DNA of 64,000 bases from Mobula hypostoma (Eukaryota), in the NCBI RefSeq assembly GCF_963921235.1, contig NC_086097.1, positions 157,606,001 to 157,670,000 on the forward strand, given 5' to 3'. Made by a program: the position numbers and the translations under genes. The notes beneath the pieces are model-generated. The model was not told the DNA's origin and searched no databases. It saw only the letters and a list, made by a program, of their open reading frames with translations. Positions 52,021 to 63,584 of this stretch are shown in pieces (position 1 is the first letter of the stretch; the number at the start of each line of letters is the position of its first letter).

Positions 52021-54608
52021 ACCGGATTTGATCAGGGACCTCGAGGTAAAGGAGCCATTAGGAGGTTGTGACCATAATATGATAAGCTTTAACCTACAAT
52101 GTGAGAGGGAGAAGGTAAACTTGCAAGTATCAGTATTACAGTTGAACAAAGGGAGCTATGGTGCTATGAGGGAGGAGCTGGCCAAAGTTCAATGGAACAA
52201 TACCCTAGCAGGGATGACAGTGGAACAGCAATGGCAAATGTTTCTGGGAATAATGCAGAAGGTGCAGGATCAGTTTGTTCCAAAGAGGAAGAAAGATCCT
52301 AAGGGGAGTAAGGGGAGGCCGTGGCTGACAAGGGAAGTAATGGACAGTATAAAAATAAAAGAGAAGAAGTATAACATAGCAAAGACGAGTGGGAAGCCAG
52401 AGGAGTGGGAAAAATTTAAAGAGCAACCGAAGGTAACTAAAAAGGCAATACGCGGAGAAAAAAATGAGGTATGAAGGTAAACTAGCCAAGAATATAAAGG
52501 AGGATAGTAAAAGCTTCTTTAGGTATGTGAAAAGGTAAAAATTAGTTAAGACCAAAATTGGGCCCTTGAAGACAGAAGTGGGTGAATTTATTATGGGGAA
52601 CAAGGAAATGGCAGATGAGTTGAACAGGTATTTTGGATCTGTCTTCTCTAGGGAAGACACAAACAATCTCCCGGATGTAATAGTGGCCAAAGGACCTGGG
52701 GTAATGGATGAATTGAAGGAAATTTATATTAGGTAGGAAATGGTGTTGGATAGGCTGTTGGGTTTGAAGCCTGATAAGTCCCCGGGACCTGATGGTCTGC
52801 ATCCCAGGGTACTTAAGGAGGTGGCTTTAGAAATCGTGGATGCATTGGTAATCACTTTCCAATGTTCTATAGATTCAGGATCAGTTCCTGTGGATTGGAG
52901 GGTGGCTAATGTTGTCCCTCTCTTCAAGAAGGGAGGAAGAGAGAAAACAGGGAATTATAGACCAGTTAGCCTGACGTTGGTGGTGGGAAAGATGCTGGAG
53001 TCAATTATAAAAGATGAAATTACGACACATCTGGGGGTGCTTACGTTAGCAATATTACTGTGTTGATGAGAAGAGCAATATAAATCATTAGGAGAGTCAT
53101 CTAAAGTCTGCTCGCATTGGGGTTATATATTCAATCCATTTATTCCAGATTCGATAAAATAAATAATTGTAGTTTTATACATATAAAAAAATGGAAAAGG
53201 TTATATGTGTGAAAAAAGTACATGATAATTGTGAACTCCTTATCCAAATAAAAATAAAATTTAAAAAAAAAGAAAGAAATTACGACACATCTGGATAGTA
53301 GTAACAGGATTGGTCCGAGTCAGCATGGATTTACGAAGGGGAAATTGTGCTTGACCAATCCTCTGGAATTTTTTGAGGATGTAACTATGAAAATGGACAA
53401 GGGAGAGCCAGTGGATGTGGTGTACCTGGACTTTCAGAAAGCCTTTGATAAAGTCCCACATAGGAGATTAGTGGGTAAAATTAGGGCACATGGTATTGGG
53501 GGCAGAGTACTGACGTGGATTGAAAATTGGCTGGCTGACAGAAAACAAAGAGTAGCGATTAACGGGTCCCTCTCGGAATGGCAGGCAGTGACCAGTGGGG
53601 TACTGCAGGGTTCAGTGCTGGGACCGCAGCTGTTTACAATATATATTAATGATTTAGATGAGGGAATTAAAAGTAACATTAGCAAATTTGCTGATGACAC
53701 AAAGCTGGGTGGTAGTGTGAAATGTGAGGAGGATGTTATGAGAATGCAGGGTGACTTGGACAGGTTGGGTGATTGGGCAGATGCATGGCAGATGCAGTTT
53801 AATGTGGATAAATGTGAGGTTATCCACTTTGGTGGTAAGAACAGGAAGACAGATTATTATCTAAATGGAGTCAAGTTAGGAAAAGGGGAAGCACAACGAG
53901 ATCTAAGTGTTCTTGTACATCAGTCACTGAAAACAAGCATGCAAGTACAGTAGGCAGTGAAGAAAGCTAATGGCATGCTGGCCTTCATAACAAGGGGAAT
54001 TGAGTATAAGAGCAAAGAGGTCCTTCTGCAGCTGTACAGGGCCCTGGTGAGACCACACCTGGTGTGCTGTGTGCAGTTTTGGTCTCCAAATTTGAATAAG
54101 GACATTCTTGCTATTGAGGGAGTGCAGCATAGGTTCACAAGGTTAATTCCCGGGATGGCGGGACTGTCATATGTCGAAAGATTGGAGCGACTGGGCTGGT
54201 ATACTCTGGAATTTAGAAGGCTGAGAGGGGACCTTATTGAAACATATAAGATTATTAAGGGATTGGACACGCTGGAGGCAGGAAGCATGTTCCCGCTGAT
54301 GGGTGAGTCCAGAACCAGAGGCCACAGTTTAAGAATTAGGGGTAGGCCATTTAGAACGGAGTTGAGGAAAAACTTTTTCACCCAGAGAGTGGTGGATATA
54401 TGGAATGCTCTGCCCCAGAAGACTGTGGAGGCCAAGTCTCTGGATGCTTTCAAGAAAGAGATGGATAGAGCTCTTAAAGATAGTGGAATCAAAGGTTATG
54501 GGGATAGGGCAGGAACTGGATACTGATAGTGGATAATCAGCCATGATCACAGTGAATGGCGGTGCTGGCTCAAAGGGAGGAATGGCCTACTCCTGTACGT
54601 ATTGTCTA
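52021..54608 (+). mobile_element. Young 5'-truncated CR1 (endonuclease end plus RT), interrupted by a 241-bp insertion
   Basis: ORFs 51842 (PLGGCDHN, PWLTRE), 52740, 53345 (KFADDTKLGG), 53957; few stops or frameshifts; short candidate TSD tgatg at both ends. Confidence 0.96.
53035..53275 (+). mobile_element. 241-bp poly(A)-tailed retro-insertion (L1/Tx1-type 3' end) with perfect 19-bp TSD
   Basis: gaaattacgacacatctgg at 53016-53034 and 53276-53294; ends AATAAA..AATAAA then an A-rich tail. Confidence 0.9.
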
Positions 54609-54658
54609 TTGATGCAACCAGTCAGAATGTTCTCCATCATCGTACATCTGCAGAAATT

Positions 54659-55004
54659 CAAGATTCGAGATTCAAGTACACTTATTATCGAAGAATGTAT
54701 ACATTATACTACCTTGAGATTTGCTTGCTCACAGGTAGCCATGAAGCAAGAAACCTGAAAGAATCCAATTTAAAAAAATAAAAGACCAACACTTGATGCG
54801 CAACAGAAAGAAAAAAGTACAAATCATGCAAACAATTGAAGCAAACTACAGCATTCCAAACCAAAATTGAGTCCTCAGATGAAAACCCCAGAGCAGATCA
54901 GGGTAGGCCCAAAGCCTTGCTTATCAGTTTATCATATTAGTGGGCATGGAGCACAGCAGCCAGGACTGCCTTCAAAACCTTAGTGCCATGAAGATAACCA
55001 TTGC
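54659..55004 (-). mobile_element. LINE-type 3' UTR fragment nested in the Rex1 copy
   Basis: tcttgaa-like repeat tail at ~54655-54676; host Rex1 resumes near 55005. Confidence 0.6.
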
Positions 55005-55959
55005 AGCATCTTTGTTGACATACAAAATCTTCTCAAGTTTCCAGAGAAATAGAGCCACTGCTGTGCCTTCTTCATGATTGTATCAATGTGTTGGACTCAG
55101 AATAGATTTTCCAACCTGTTGACACCCAGAAACCTGAAACTCCTCACCTTTTCCACCAATTGCCTCTCAATGACGAATGAAGAGTATTCTCCCAACTTCC
55201 ACTTCCTGACGTGCACAATCGACTCCTCGGTCTTGCTAAAGTTGAGTGGGAAGTTGTTGTTATGACACCCATCCACCACCTGATCTGTCTCACTCCTGGG
55301 TGCGTCCTCACCATCAACTGTGATTTTACCAATAACAGAGTTTTCAAGTGCAAATTTATATATAGTGTTTGAGTGCAGAGAGAGTAGGGTAACTCAGCCT
55401 TGTGATACATCAGTGTTGATTGTCAGTGTAGAGATAGTATGACAGATCCCTTCTTCCTAAGAAGGAAGTTGCATCTTTTGAAGCTTGTTGATCAATACTA
55501 GGGATGACGGTGTTGAAATCTGAGCTGCCATCACAGCAGCCTGATGTATATTTTGTTGTTGGTTAGATACTCCAATGCAGGTAACAGAACCAGTGAGTTT
55601 GCATCCACTGTAAACCTGATGTGGTGGCGAAATAATTGCAGTGAGAGCGGACCCTTGATCAGGCAGGAGTTCAGAGTCATCATACCCAGCCTCTCGAAGT
55701 GCTTCATTAATGTAGATGTGATCTTGCCGTAAAGATGCATTTTTTTGTGAATCGAGATTCCAAAAGAAACCAGGCAGTGTTTGTTTGCATAGCACCTCAG
55801 AACTTATTAGCTCAGAGGCACTGCCGAGTGAAGGATGGTGACTTGCAAGGTTTGTTGATGAATCAAGATTCTGCAACAGTTATAAACTCAGGAAAAACAG
55901 ACCCAAAGCTCTGGTAAGAAATCGCATGTAAAGAGTTTCAATGAATGTATAAATTAAAC

Positions 55960-56055
55960 CAACACACACAAAATGCTGGAGGAACTCAGCAGGCCAGGCA
56001 GCATTTATGGTAAAAAGTACAGTCGATGTTTCAGGCCGAGAGCTTTGGCAGGACA
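55960..56055 (-). repeat. Penelope terminal-repeat fragment (degenerate hammerhead)
   Basis: acacacacaaaatgctggaggaactcagcaggccaggcagc..cagtcgatgtttcaggcc. Confidence 0.8.
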
Positions 56056-57146
56056 TTATTTGAAATTAAATATCATTTTTATCTAATGAAGAAATGAACG
56101 AAGGGCCCTAATTTGAGAATTACTGTGTCATTCTGCACTCGTGTGAAATGTCCACTGTGGTTCATAATATTACTCAGTCTTGTCAGCAGACACTTTTGAT
56201 AAAGCTGGTTTGATTGTCCTCTATGCTAACTTGATTCGTTATCAAGGCAATACACGTTGAACAGTGACTAAAGAACATATATAGCAGAAAATCTTATTGC
56301 CATCCATTCTCACTCTGAGCCACCTCTTCCTCGATAGTTGCCATGGCAGCAGAAGACTTGGCTGGATACATTCAAATCTGTGGGAACTAGTAACAAATGT
56401 TTTCTGCTTTTTATATTCAATGGAGAGTGATGTGATGAGTGTTAGCACATTAACCATTTTATTGCCAAACTGGTGTTTTTTTTTTCTTTTGCCTATGCCA
56501 AAGCATTATCAGACATGTTTCACTCAAAATGTCAGACTCCTTCAAAAATAATTATCACTTTGACAAAACTCCAGCCAGAATTTATATTATTTTTCTTTAG
56601 ACTCCATAATATCATCAGAATCTATTTATCTCTGAACATTCAGTTTAAAATGCTTCCTACCCCAAAAACTATTCCACAAGATATCTGGGAACATTGTGGT
56701 ATCATCACTTTGGCATATTGTGGCCAGGACTTCCATGGAAATAAGGACAAATGGAATCAGGTGATAAGAGCTTTCAGCTCTAGCCCTTCTTATAACCACA
56801 GCCTAAACATGTTTGAAAAAATTGGCATCTTATCCACAAGCCTAATTTTCTTCCTATGCATCAGTGGATTTTTCTGCCTAGTGCACTGCAGCAACTTACT
56901 TACCAAAGTTACAAGCTTCCTCAGCAACTAGCCACTTAAAGGGCAAAGTGTGGTGGTGCAGGGAAACAGCACTACAGAGATGTTTTGCTCAAGTCACATG
57001 TCAATCTGATTTGGAATTACATTGGCATTCATCAACCTTGTTACGAAAACCTTAAATACACTATGTAAATTTTACACCAACTTAACAACACAGATAAGAC
57101 ATTGACTCACTACCCACTAAGATGATAAGAGCCATAGGATACGGTT

Positions 57147-57285
57147 CAACACACACAATGCTGGAGGAACTCAACAGGTCAGGCGATGAAAATGAATAAA
57201 CAGTCGACATTTTAGGGTGAGACCCTTCATTAGGACTGGAAAGGAAGAGGGAAAACTGCAGAATAAAATGGGGGGGGAGGGGTAA
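57147..57285 (-). repeat. Penelope terminal-repeat fragment
   Basis: Minus strand cagtc ctaatga agggtctcaccct aaaa tgtc gactg (hammerhead with core mutations). Confidence 0.8.
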
Positions 57286-57720
57286 CTTCTTCTTTGGGAT
57301 AAAATAATCCTGCATCTTCCAAATTACTCCCAGTAACACCTGCCATTGTTGCTTTACTGTCATCATTGCGAGGATCACACTTCCAATCATCTTTACCAGC
57401 TCCTCTCTGGTGCTTTTGTAGTTACCACAACTTAACTGTAATATCAATACATCTCACTTTAGCTTCTCCCTCTAAATTTACAGAATGAATTTTATCATAT
57501 TATGATGGACCGCCTCTTCAGAGATCCTTTACATTAAGCTGCCTAAACAAATCTAATTAGTTGTACAACACCGAATCTAAAATTGCCCTTTCCCCAGTGG
57601 GCTTGACTATATAAACTGCTCTAAAAGGCCATCTTATAGGCATTCTATAAATTCCTTCTCTTAGGATCCAGTACCAACCTGAATTTCCCAGTTTGAAGTC
57701 CCTCATGACCATGGGATCAT
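57286..57720 (-). mobile_element. CR1 endonuclease/linker fragment
   Basis: ORF 57082..57447 ILQLSCGNYKSTREELVK..TVKQQWQ..QDYFIPKKK, homologous to 52130-52290. Confidence 0.8.
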
Positions 57721-58042
57721 GTCTTTTCTAGCTTCATGATCTTTAAATAAAGCTTAGGTTTGCAAATGATTAAAAATATTATAGAAAATCATTCCAATGG
57801 AATTTGTGGCTACAATATTTACTGTACTTAACTAGTGCCAATTGCATTGCTGATCTATATTGACTTCAAAAGTGTAAATAGTGGAGCATCTGATATCCAA
57901 CAAAATAGATCAACTTCTTCAGGTGAAATGATTTATTGGATACGATTTTGTGACACAAATGTTACTTTCCCCATACCAGGCTTGATCTGGTAAATAAACC
58001 TGAACTGATAAATGGTAACAATAATAATAGTAATAATAATAC

Positions 58043-58748
58043 TACAAGATTGGGTGGTTAGCAAAAAAATTATCAAAAATACATAATAACAGATCAGCAA
58101 ATTCCAGACGATAAATGCAGAAAATACCAAGAGAAACCAGAACCAATCCAGCACATTACAGGATCCTGCAGCAGTTTAACTCAGTCTGATTACTTGCACA
58201 GGCACAATCAAATGGCAAACATTATTCACCAAAATCTTGCTTTAAAGTACAAACTCATAAAAGAAACTATACATTATTATAAGTACAAGCCTGGTCTAGT
58301 TTTAGCGTCAGGTCCCATAAATTATATTACAAGCAATCCATTATCACAGGTGGGACAATCCAGAATAAACATCCAGATATAACAATACAGGATAAACAAG
58401 CAAGAGCAACTTACTTAATAGATATAGCCATTCCAACCACACATAACATACAGAAATCAATAAGTGAAAAACATCAGAAATATGCTGAATTAAAAGATGA
58501 AATTGAAAGACTATGGAACATGAACAGAGTATACATTGTCCCAATAGTAATATCTACAACTGGTACCATCCTAAATCACTACACAATAGCATTAAACAAT
58601 TAGGCCTAAACAGCAACATTTATGTAAATCTCCTGAAAGCCACAATACTAAGCACCACTAAAATAGTCTGAAAGTTCTTGGTAATTGAGAAATGAATGTG
58701 CTTGGCTATGCCTGAACCTCATGTATTACCAGCTTGAGCTGAGAAAGA
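58043..58748 (+). mobile_element. R4/Dong(Rex6)-clade non-LTR retrotransposon 3' fragment (zinc knuckle plus restriction-like endonuclease)
   Basis: DDKCRKYQEKPEPIQHITGSC, YLHRHNQMANIIHQNL, HPDITIQDK..YLIDIAIP, EKHQKYAEL, VPIVISTTG; flanked by TAA-rich tracts. Confidence 0.88.
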
Positions 58749-58759
58749 ATAAATAATAT

Positions 58760-60720
58760 AGCTTTATTTATATAGCACCCCCATTTCATACATTAAGATG
58801 CAGGCTCAGAGTGCTTTACATTGATTGTAAAGATAAATCAATATAGTCATAGAAATACGAGGCAAAATTAAGAATCATAAGTAAAGACAAACATTATATA
58901 GAATAAAATGTAATAAAATATACCAAATTATATAAATGTAATCAACATCAAGAGGCATTAATTGAATTGAATTGACTATTTCTTACAACCTTCACATAAA
59001 TGAGGAGTAAAATTCTCTACGTTAGATTCACACTTCTTTTTTATTGCTAACAATAACAAAAAAATCATTTTTTTCCTTACTTAAATAGTTTTAAGGTGCT
59101 TGGAAGCAGGTACAGAATAGATGTCAGGGGTAATTTTTTTTACACAGAGAGTGGTAAGTGCGTGGAATGGGCTGCCAGCAGCGGTGGTGGAGGTGAAAAT
59201 GATACTGCCTTTTAAGAGACTCCTGGATGGTTACATGGAGCTTAGTAAAATAGAGGGCTATGAATAAAGCCTAGGTAGTTCTAAGGTAGGGACATGTTCA
59301 GCACAGCTTTGTGGGCCAAAGGGTCTGTATTGTGCTGTAGATTTTCTATGTTTCTATGTTTTACGTCTCGGTCTGAATGTGCAATGTGCAAATTATAGTA
59401 ATTTGTAATAAGTACTATGTACAGTGAGATATACAACAGAACAGTCAATATAGCTTAGAAATACAATTGTGTCAGCATGAATTAATCAGTCTGAAGGCCT
59501 GTCCCGGAGCCTGTTAGTCCTGGCTTTAACGTTGCGGTACCATTTACACTTACAGTAGTCCTATAAGTAGGCCAAATTAAAAAGTTGTTTTTTAGAATTA
59601 CTTTGAAGCATTCCTCCGTATTAGCCTGGCATATCTCAGTCGGTAGACTAATCCAGATTTTTGGTGCATAGGAGCAGAAGGCCACATCACCAGACCTTAT
59701 ATGCTTGGCTCTCGGAACACTAAGCAAACCAGTATTCACAGATATAAGATTATGATAGAGATGTAAGTGGATAGACACTCCAAAATATATGGAGGAGCTG
59801 GACTATTCAGAGCCTTATATACAATTAAGAATCTTTTAAAATCTATCCTAAAGGACTCAGACAAAGAGTGCAATAATGCCAAAACCAGTGAAGTGTGCTC
59901 AGATTTTCTTTTTTTTTGTTGTTGGGATTCTTGTTGCTGTATTTTGAATAAGCTGCAGCACTTCTTAGGCAGTCCTGACAAGGGTGCATTACAGTAGTCT
60001 GATTGGCTAAAAGCAAAAGTGCATATCAATTTTTCTGCATCTTGCAATGTTCCTTAAATGAAAGAATGCAGTCTTAATAATATCGTTAATATGTGATTTG
60101 AAATTTAGCTCAGAGTCAATAATAACACCTAAATTATTTACTTCTAGCTTGATTTGTAAGGCCAGAAGGTCAAGTTTATTTCTAAGATTCACACTTTTTT
60201 TTGCTAACAATAACAAAAAAAATTCAGACTTTTCCTTATTTAATTTAAGGAAATTTATATTTATTCATTCTGTAATGCTAGCAAGATATTGGAGCAGAGG
60301 GTTTAGAGCCTCAGGGTCTAAACAAATACAGCTGTGTGTCTTCTGCATAGTTGTGGTAATTCACCTCGTGATTTGAAATATTCTGACCTAATAGGAGCAT
60401 GTAGAGTAAAAACAACAACAGGCAAAGAATTGATCCTTGCAGCACACCAAACACAATGTCACGGATTTTGGACGCACCATCACCACAACTAACAAAGAAT
60501 TTTATTTCCGTTATATAAAACAGAAATCAGGCTAAGGAAGTACAACAAAGTCCTGCCCATTGTCTAAAGTTGTTTATGAGAATGCTGTGATCTACAGTAT
60601 CAAATGCTGCACTTAACTCGAAGAGAACAAGGACTGATATGTTACCTGCATCGGCATTAAGAACCAAGTCATTAACTAATTTAAGAAATACAGTTTCGGT
60701 ACTCTGATATTGCATCTTTA
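58760..60720 (-). mobile_element. L2-clade LINE 3' half with nested Rex1/CR1 pieces (~58960-59550)
   Basis: STETVFLKLVNDL..LVLFELSAAFDTVDHSIL, NLGVIIDSELNFKSHI, FRIDFK..YKALNSPAPPY, AFCSYAPKIW; 3' end tgtaaagcactctgag..gtgctatataaataaa. Confidence 0.9.
59087..59360 (+). mobile_element. CR1 3' end inserted in a Rex1 tail within the L2
   Basis: FFTQRVVSAWNGLP coding end; tttctatg-repeat tail. Confidence 0.88.
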
Positions 60721-61046
60721 CATCCATCAAACAGCTTCATCAAAACATCAAATGAGGCAAAACATTGCTTTAGGAAAGCTCAAATGCGTACTCAAAAAGC
60801 AACTTAATTTTCTGGATGTGCAGGTATCTATATGTATATCCAATTTTACAGAAACTAAGAAAATCAATTTTTCATTTCAACTTCAACTCCATGGCTGTAA
60901 ATTAAACAGTCCAATAACAGCATGGTTTGCTGTCAAAAGGAGTTGTAGAGGGTTGACCATATGCATTTAATTCAGTAAATAATCAATAATTGCTTCAACA
61001 GAACTTTTTTAATTATTTAAAATTTGACTTTCTCTTTAACTCTTAC

Positions 61047-61115
61047 CAGCTGAGCTTCTTTCCATCTTGGCTTATTTTCTTCTGATAACAAATTGCTTAC
61101 TATTTGAACAAAATT
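61047..61115 (-). CDS. ADGRB1: ADGRB1 coding exon, 69 nt, phase 0-0
   Basis: ttttgcag|AATTTT...CAGCTG|gtaaga. Translates NFVQIVSNLLSEENKPRWKEAQL (BAI1: [23 protein letters not shown]). Confidence 0.95.
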
Positions 61116-61224
61116 CTGCAAAACAAAAAAAAAATGTATATTGCAACATTAATGATAAAATGAGCACTCCTAAAGCAGAATAGATATTAGATTATATGTG
61201 TAGTCAGTTCAGTAATATGTACCT

Positions 61225-61545
61225 GAGGCGCTGCCTCGAGAAGGCAATTTCCATCATCAAAGTTTCCCACCATCCATGCCATTTTCTCAGGGCTATCATC
61301 GGGCAGAAGTTACAGAAGCACAAAGTCCCATCGAAAGGCTACCTACTTCAACCACTTACTTCTTGAACCAATCTACATAACCCTAATCACTACTTCAATA
61401 TAATGACACTCTAATCACTTTGGTTGCTTTGCACTTCTTGGACTTTGTTTTTCTATCTGATTTTATTTGTGTTCTTTCTTGTAAAAGTTGTGTATAATTT
61501 TGGTTTAACTGTTTTTCTTGTGAATGCTGTAATTTTCATTAATTC
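61225..61545 (+). mobile_element. Rex1-type 3' fragment
   Basis: gaaggcaatttccatcatcaaag..catcgggcagaagttacagaagc. Confidence 0.7.
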
Positions 61546-61584
61546 TCCAACAATATCCCTCAAACGCAACACAGTAAGAAGTAT

Positions 61585-61665
61585 ATTGTTCTGAAGAAGG
61601 GTCTTAGCCTGAAACGTTCAATGTTTGTTCATTTCTATGGATTTTGTTTGACCTGCTGAATGTTG
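61585..61665 (+). repeat. Penelope terminal-repeat fragment retaining the hammerhead core
   Basis: CTGAAGA agggtcttagcct GAAA cg TT (61591-61618); stem I imperfect. Confidence 0.6.
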
Positions 61666-62100
61666 TCAACTCAATTCTCACAACAAAGATAGCATCAGAG
61701 AACTGGCTGTTGAACTAAATAGTAAAAATGATGGATTGATTTGTTCTCCTTCCAACTCTGCAACTTTTTCTGGAAGTGTGAAAGTGACATTTTTGGCATA
61801 AGAACAATTTGAAAAACACATAATCAAAACGTAAGAGAATTGAAAGAATAGCAAGATGAAAAGTTTGATGTGAATAGATGTCAAGCCTTATCTGCTATTT
61901 CATCCAATCATGACTAATCCATGTCTAATACCCATTTACCCTCCAGGACACCATAATACCTTTTCTGAGGTAGCAGATTTATCATTTTCAACATAAAGAT
62001 ACAGAGCTGGATTCAGTATTAGATTGCATAGAAATCAGAGCAAGTGAAAGAACTTTTATTTCATATCTTTTCAATCAATAATTTGTCACATTTTACCAAC

Positions 62101-62295
62101 CTGGATATCTCCAGAGACAGGAGTGTAATAAGCCCTACGGAAGATTTCTGTCACGTTCTTCAAAATGTCAAGTAAGGCTAGGATGTCTCCACTGTAGCTT
62201 GTTCCTCCCTCTGAAGTGTCTGCCAGCTTTCTTATAATTGCTGATACCCCATCACCGATTAGCCCTCGCTGGGCCTTAGTTAGGTGTTCTCTTGT
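62101..62295 (-). CDS. ADGRB1: ADGRB1/BAI1 coding exon (GAIN subdomain A; about human exon 11), 195 nt, phase 0-0
   Basis: ctgcag|ACAAGA...ATCCAG|gttggt. Translates [65 protein letters not shown], colinear with recalled human BAI1 [22 protein letters not shown]...GTSYSGDLL...[17 protein letters not shown]. Confidence 0.95.
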
Positions 62296-63584
62296 CTGCA
62301 GATTAAACAAACATGTTGTATAATGCACAAGACTGTGAAAATATGAGCAGATTCTGTGACATATAAACTGTTTTTATGCCTAACACCAATTTTTTTGTGC
62401 TAAATTCATTCATAAACTATGCTGGTAATATCCATGATAATATCAAGAAGGATTATTGAGCAATCTAATCACAAGAACAAAAAATACTTAAGTTGTACTT
62501 CAATGATATGGATATTTTTCATATTTGGATTTCTATTTTAAATTACTTAAATGGGCCAGTCGCTCACCAAATAACCCTTTTCAATTCTTTCAATTGCAAA
62601 CATTTTTTCCTGTGTTATAAAAATAGAATATCAGTGGGCTGTGTATGAAATTAATTAATGACTTTGTGGACCGCCCTTGCTTAAGAAGCATTTATTAAAC
62701 AAACATCTCACACTATCCAAATTGTCTCACAACAAGGCTCCAAGTCTCACTCTGTTTATTAGCAACAATACCCTTTATCAGCCATTTTATTTTTAAAGAA
62801 AATATTTATATAGAAAAATAGAATGTATATTTTAATTTAATTGTCACCAACTCCACTGCATAAGAAAGTGTTCCTCATTATTTTCCTACTGTCTGGAATT
62901 CTTGTGTAGAACCTTTTAGCTTGCTCCCTTTCCCCATTTTCTTCCCTTCCACTTTCACTGTGTGTTTAGTAAAATCTTCCCAAGACATCTTAGCATTCTA
63001 CTGGATAACTGCCTCTTCTTTTGGAAGATGTGCTGTGAAGATTCCTTGCATAAGTGAACTATTTAACTGCAAGTTACTGTGATTTGTTGGGGTCAGGTTT
63101 GGAGAGGAACCTCATGAAAGTAACTCTACAAAAGTTGTGTGCAGCAAGAAGGTTCTTTGGCCAAGGTTGATTTCTGAGGCAATTTGTTTCAGATATTCAA
63201 ACAGGCAGAAGTGTCTAGAGCATATTCTGGCTCTATTTCTGAACAGTGTCTTTGTTTTTTTTTAATAATTCACCTTCATCATCTTGGTAACCTTGACAGC
63301 AAATTGCTTTGCTTACAGTGCAAATTCTTTGCTTCACATATCAACTATGGTAATTCACCACACCAAATACATTTGTGTAGATCCTTACACTAGACCATCA
63401 ATGTGCCAAATCCATACTGATGGAGCAACCCTCTTATAGTTTACAATCATATCCGTCCTTCCTGCAAAGTTGTGGTTGCAGGAATAAGTTGAATTACTGT
63501 GCTGCACTTCTATCAGGACTGGGAAAATCTGTGATCATGCCTCAGATCTTGAACAGAATGCATCAGGGAACAACTAAAAACACC

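Larger units (their letters stand above)
51622..55450 (-). mobile_element. Rex1-type LINE hosting younger insertions (pieces ~51622-52020, 54613-54658, ~55005-55450)
   Basis: 3' tail ctgattctga at ~51625; ORF 55097 NFSKTEESIVHVRK..VEKVRSFRFLGV. Confidence 0.8.

Noticed and set aside
52205..54492. Minus-strand ORFs of 161 and 190 aa
   Set aside because: Antisense shadows of the CR1 ORF2.
56473..56931. 152-aa plus-strand ORF
   Set aside because: No recognisable domain or splice structure, low-complexity hydrophobic composition; likely chance.
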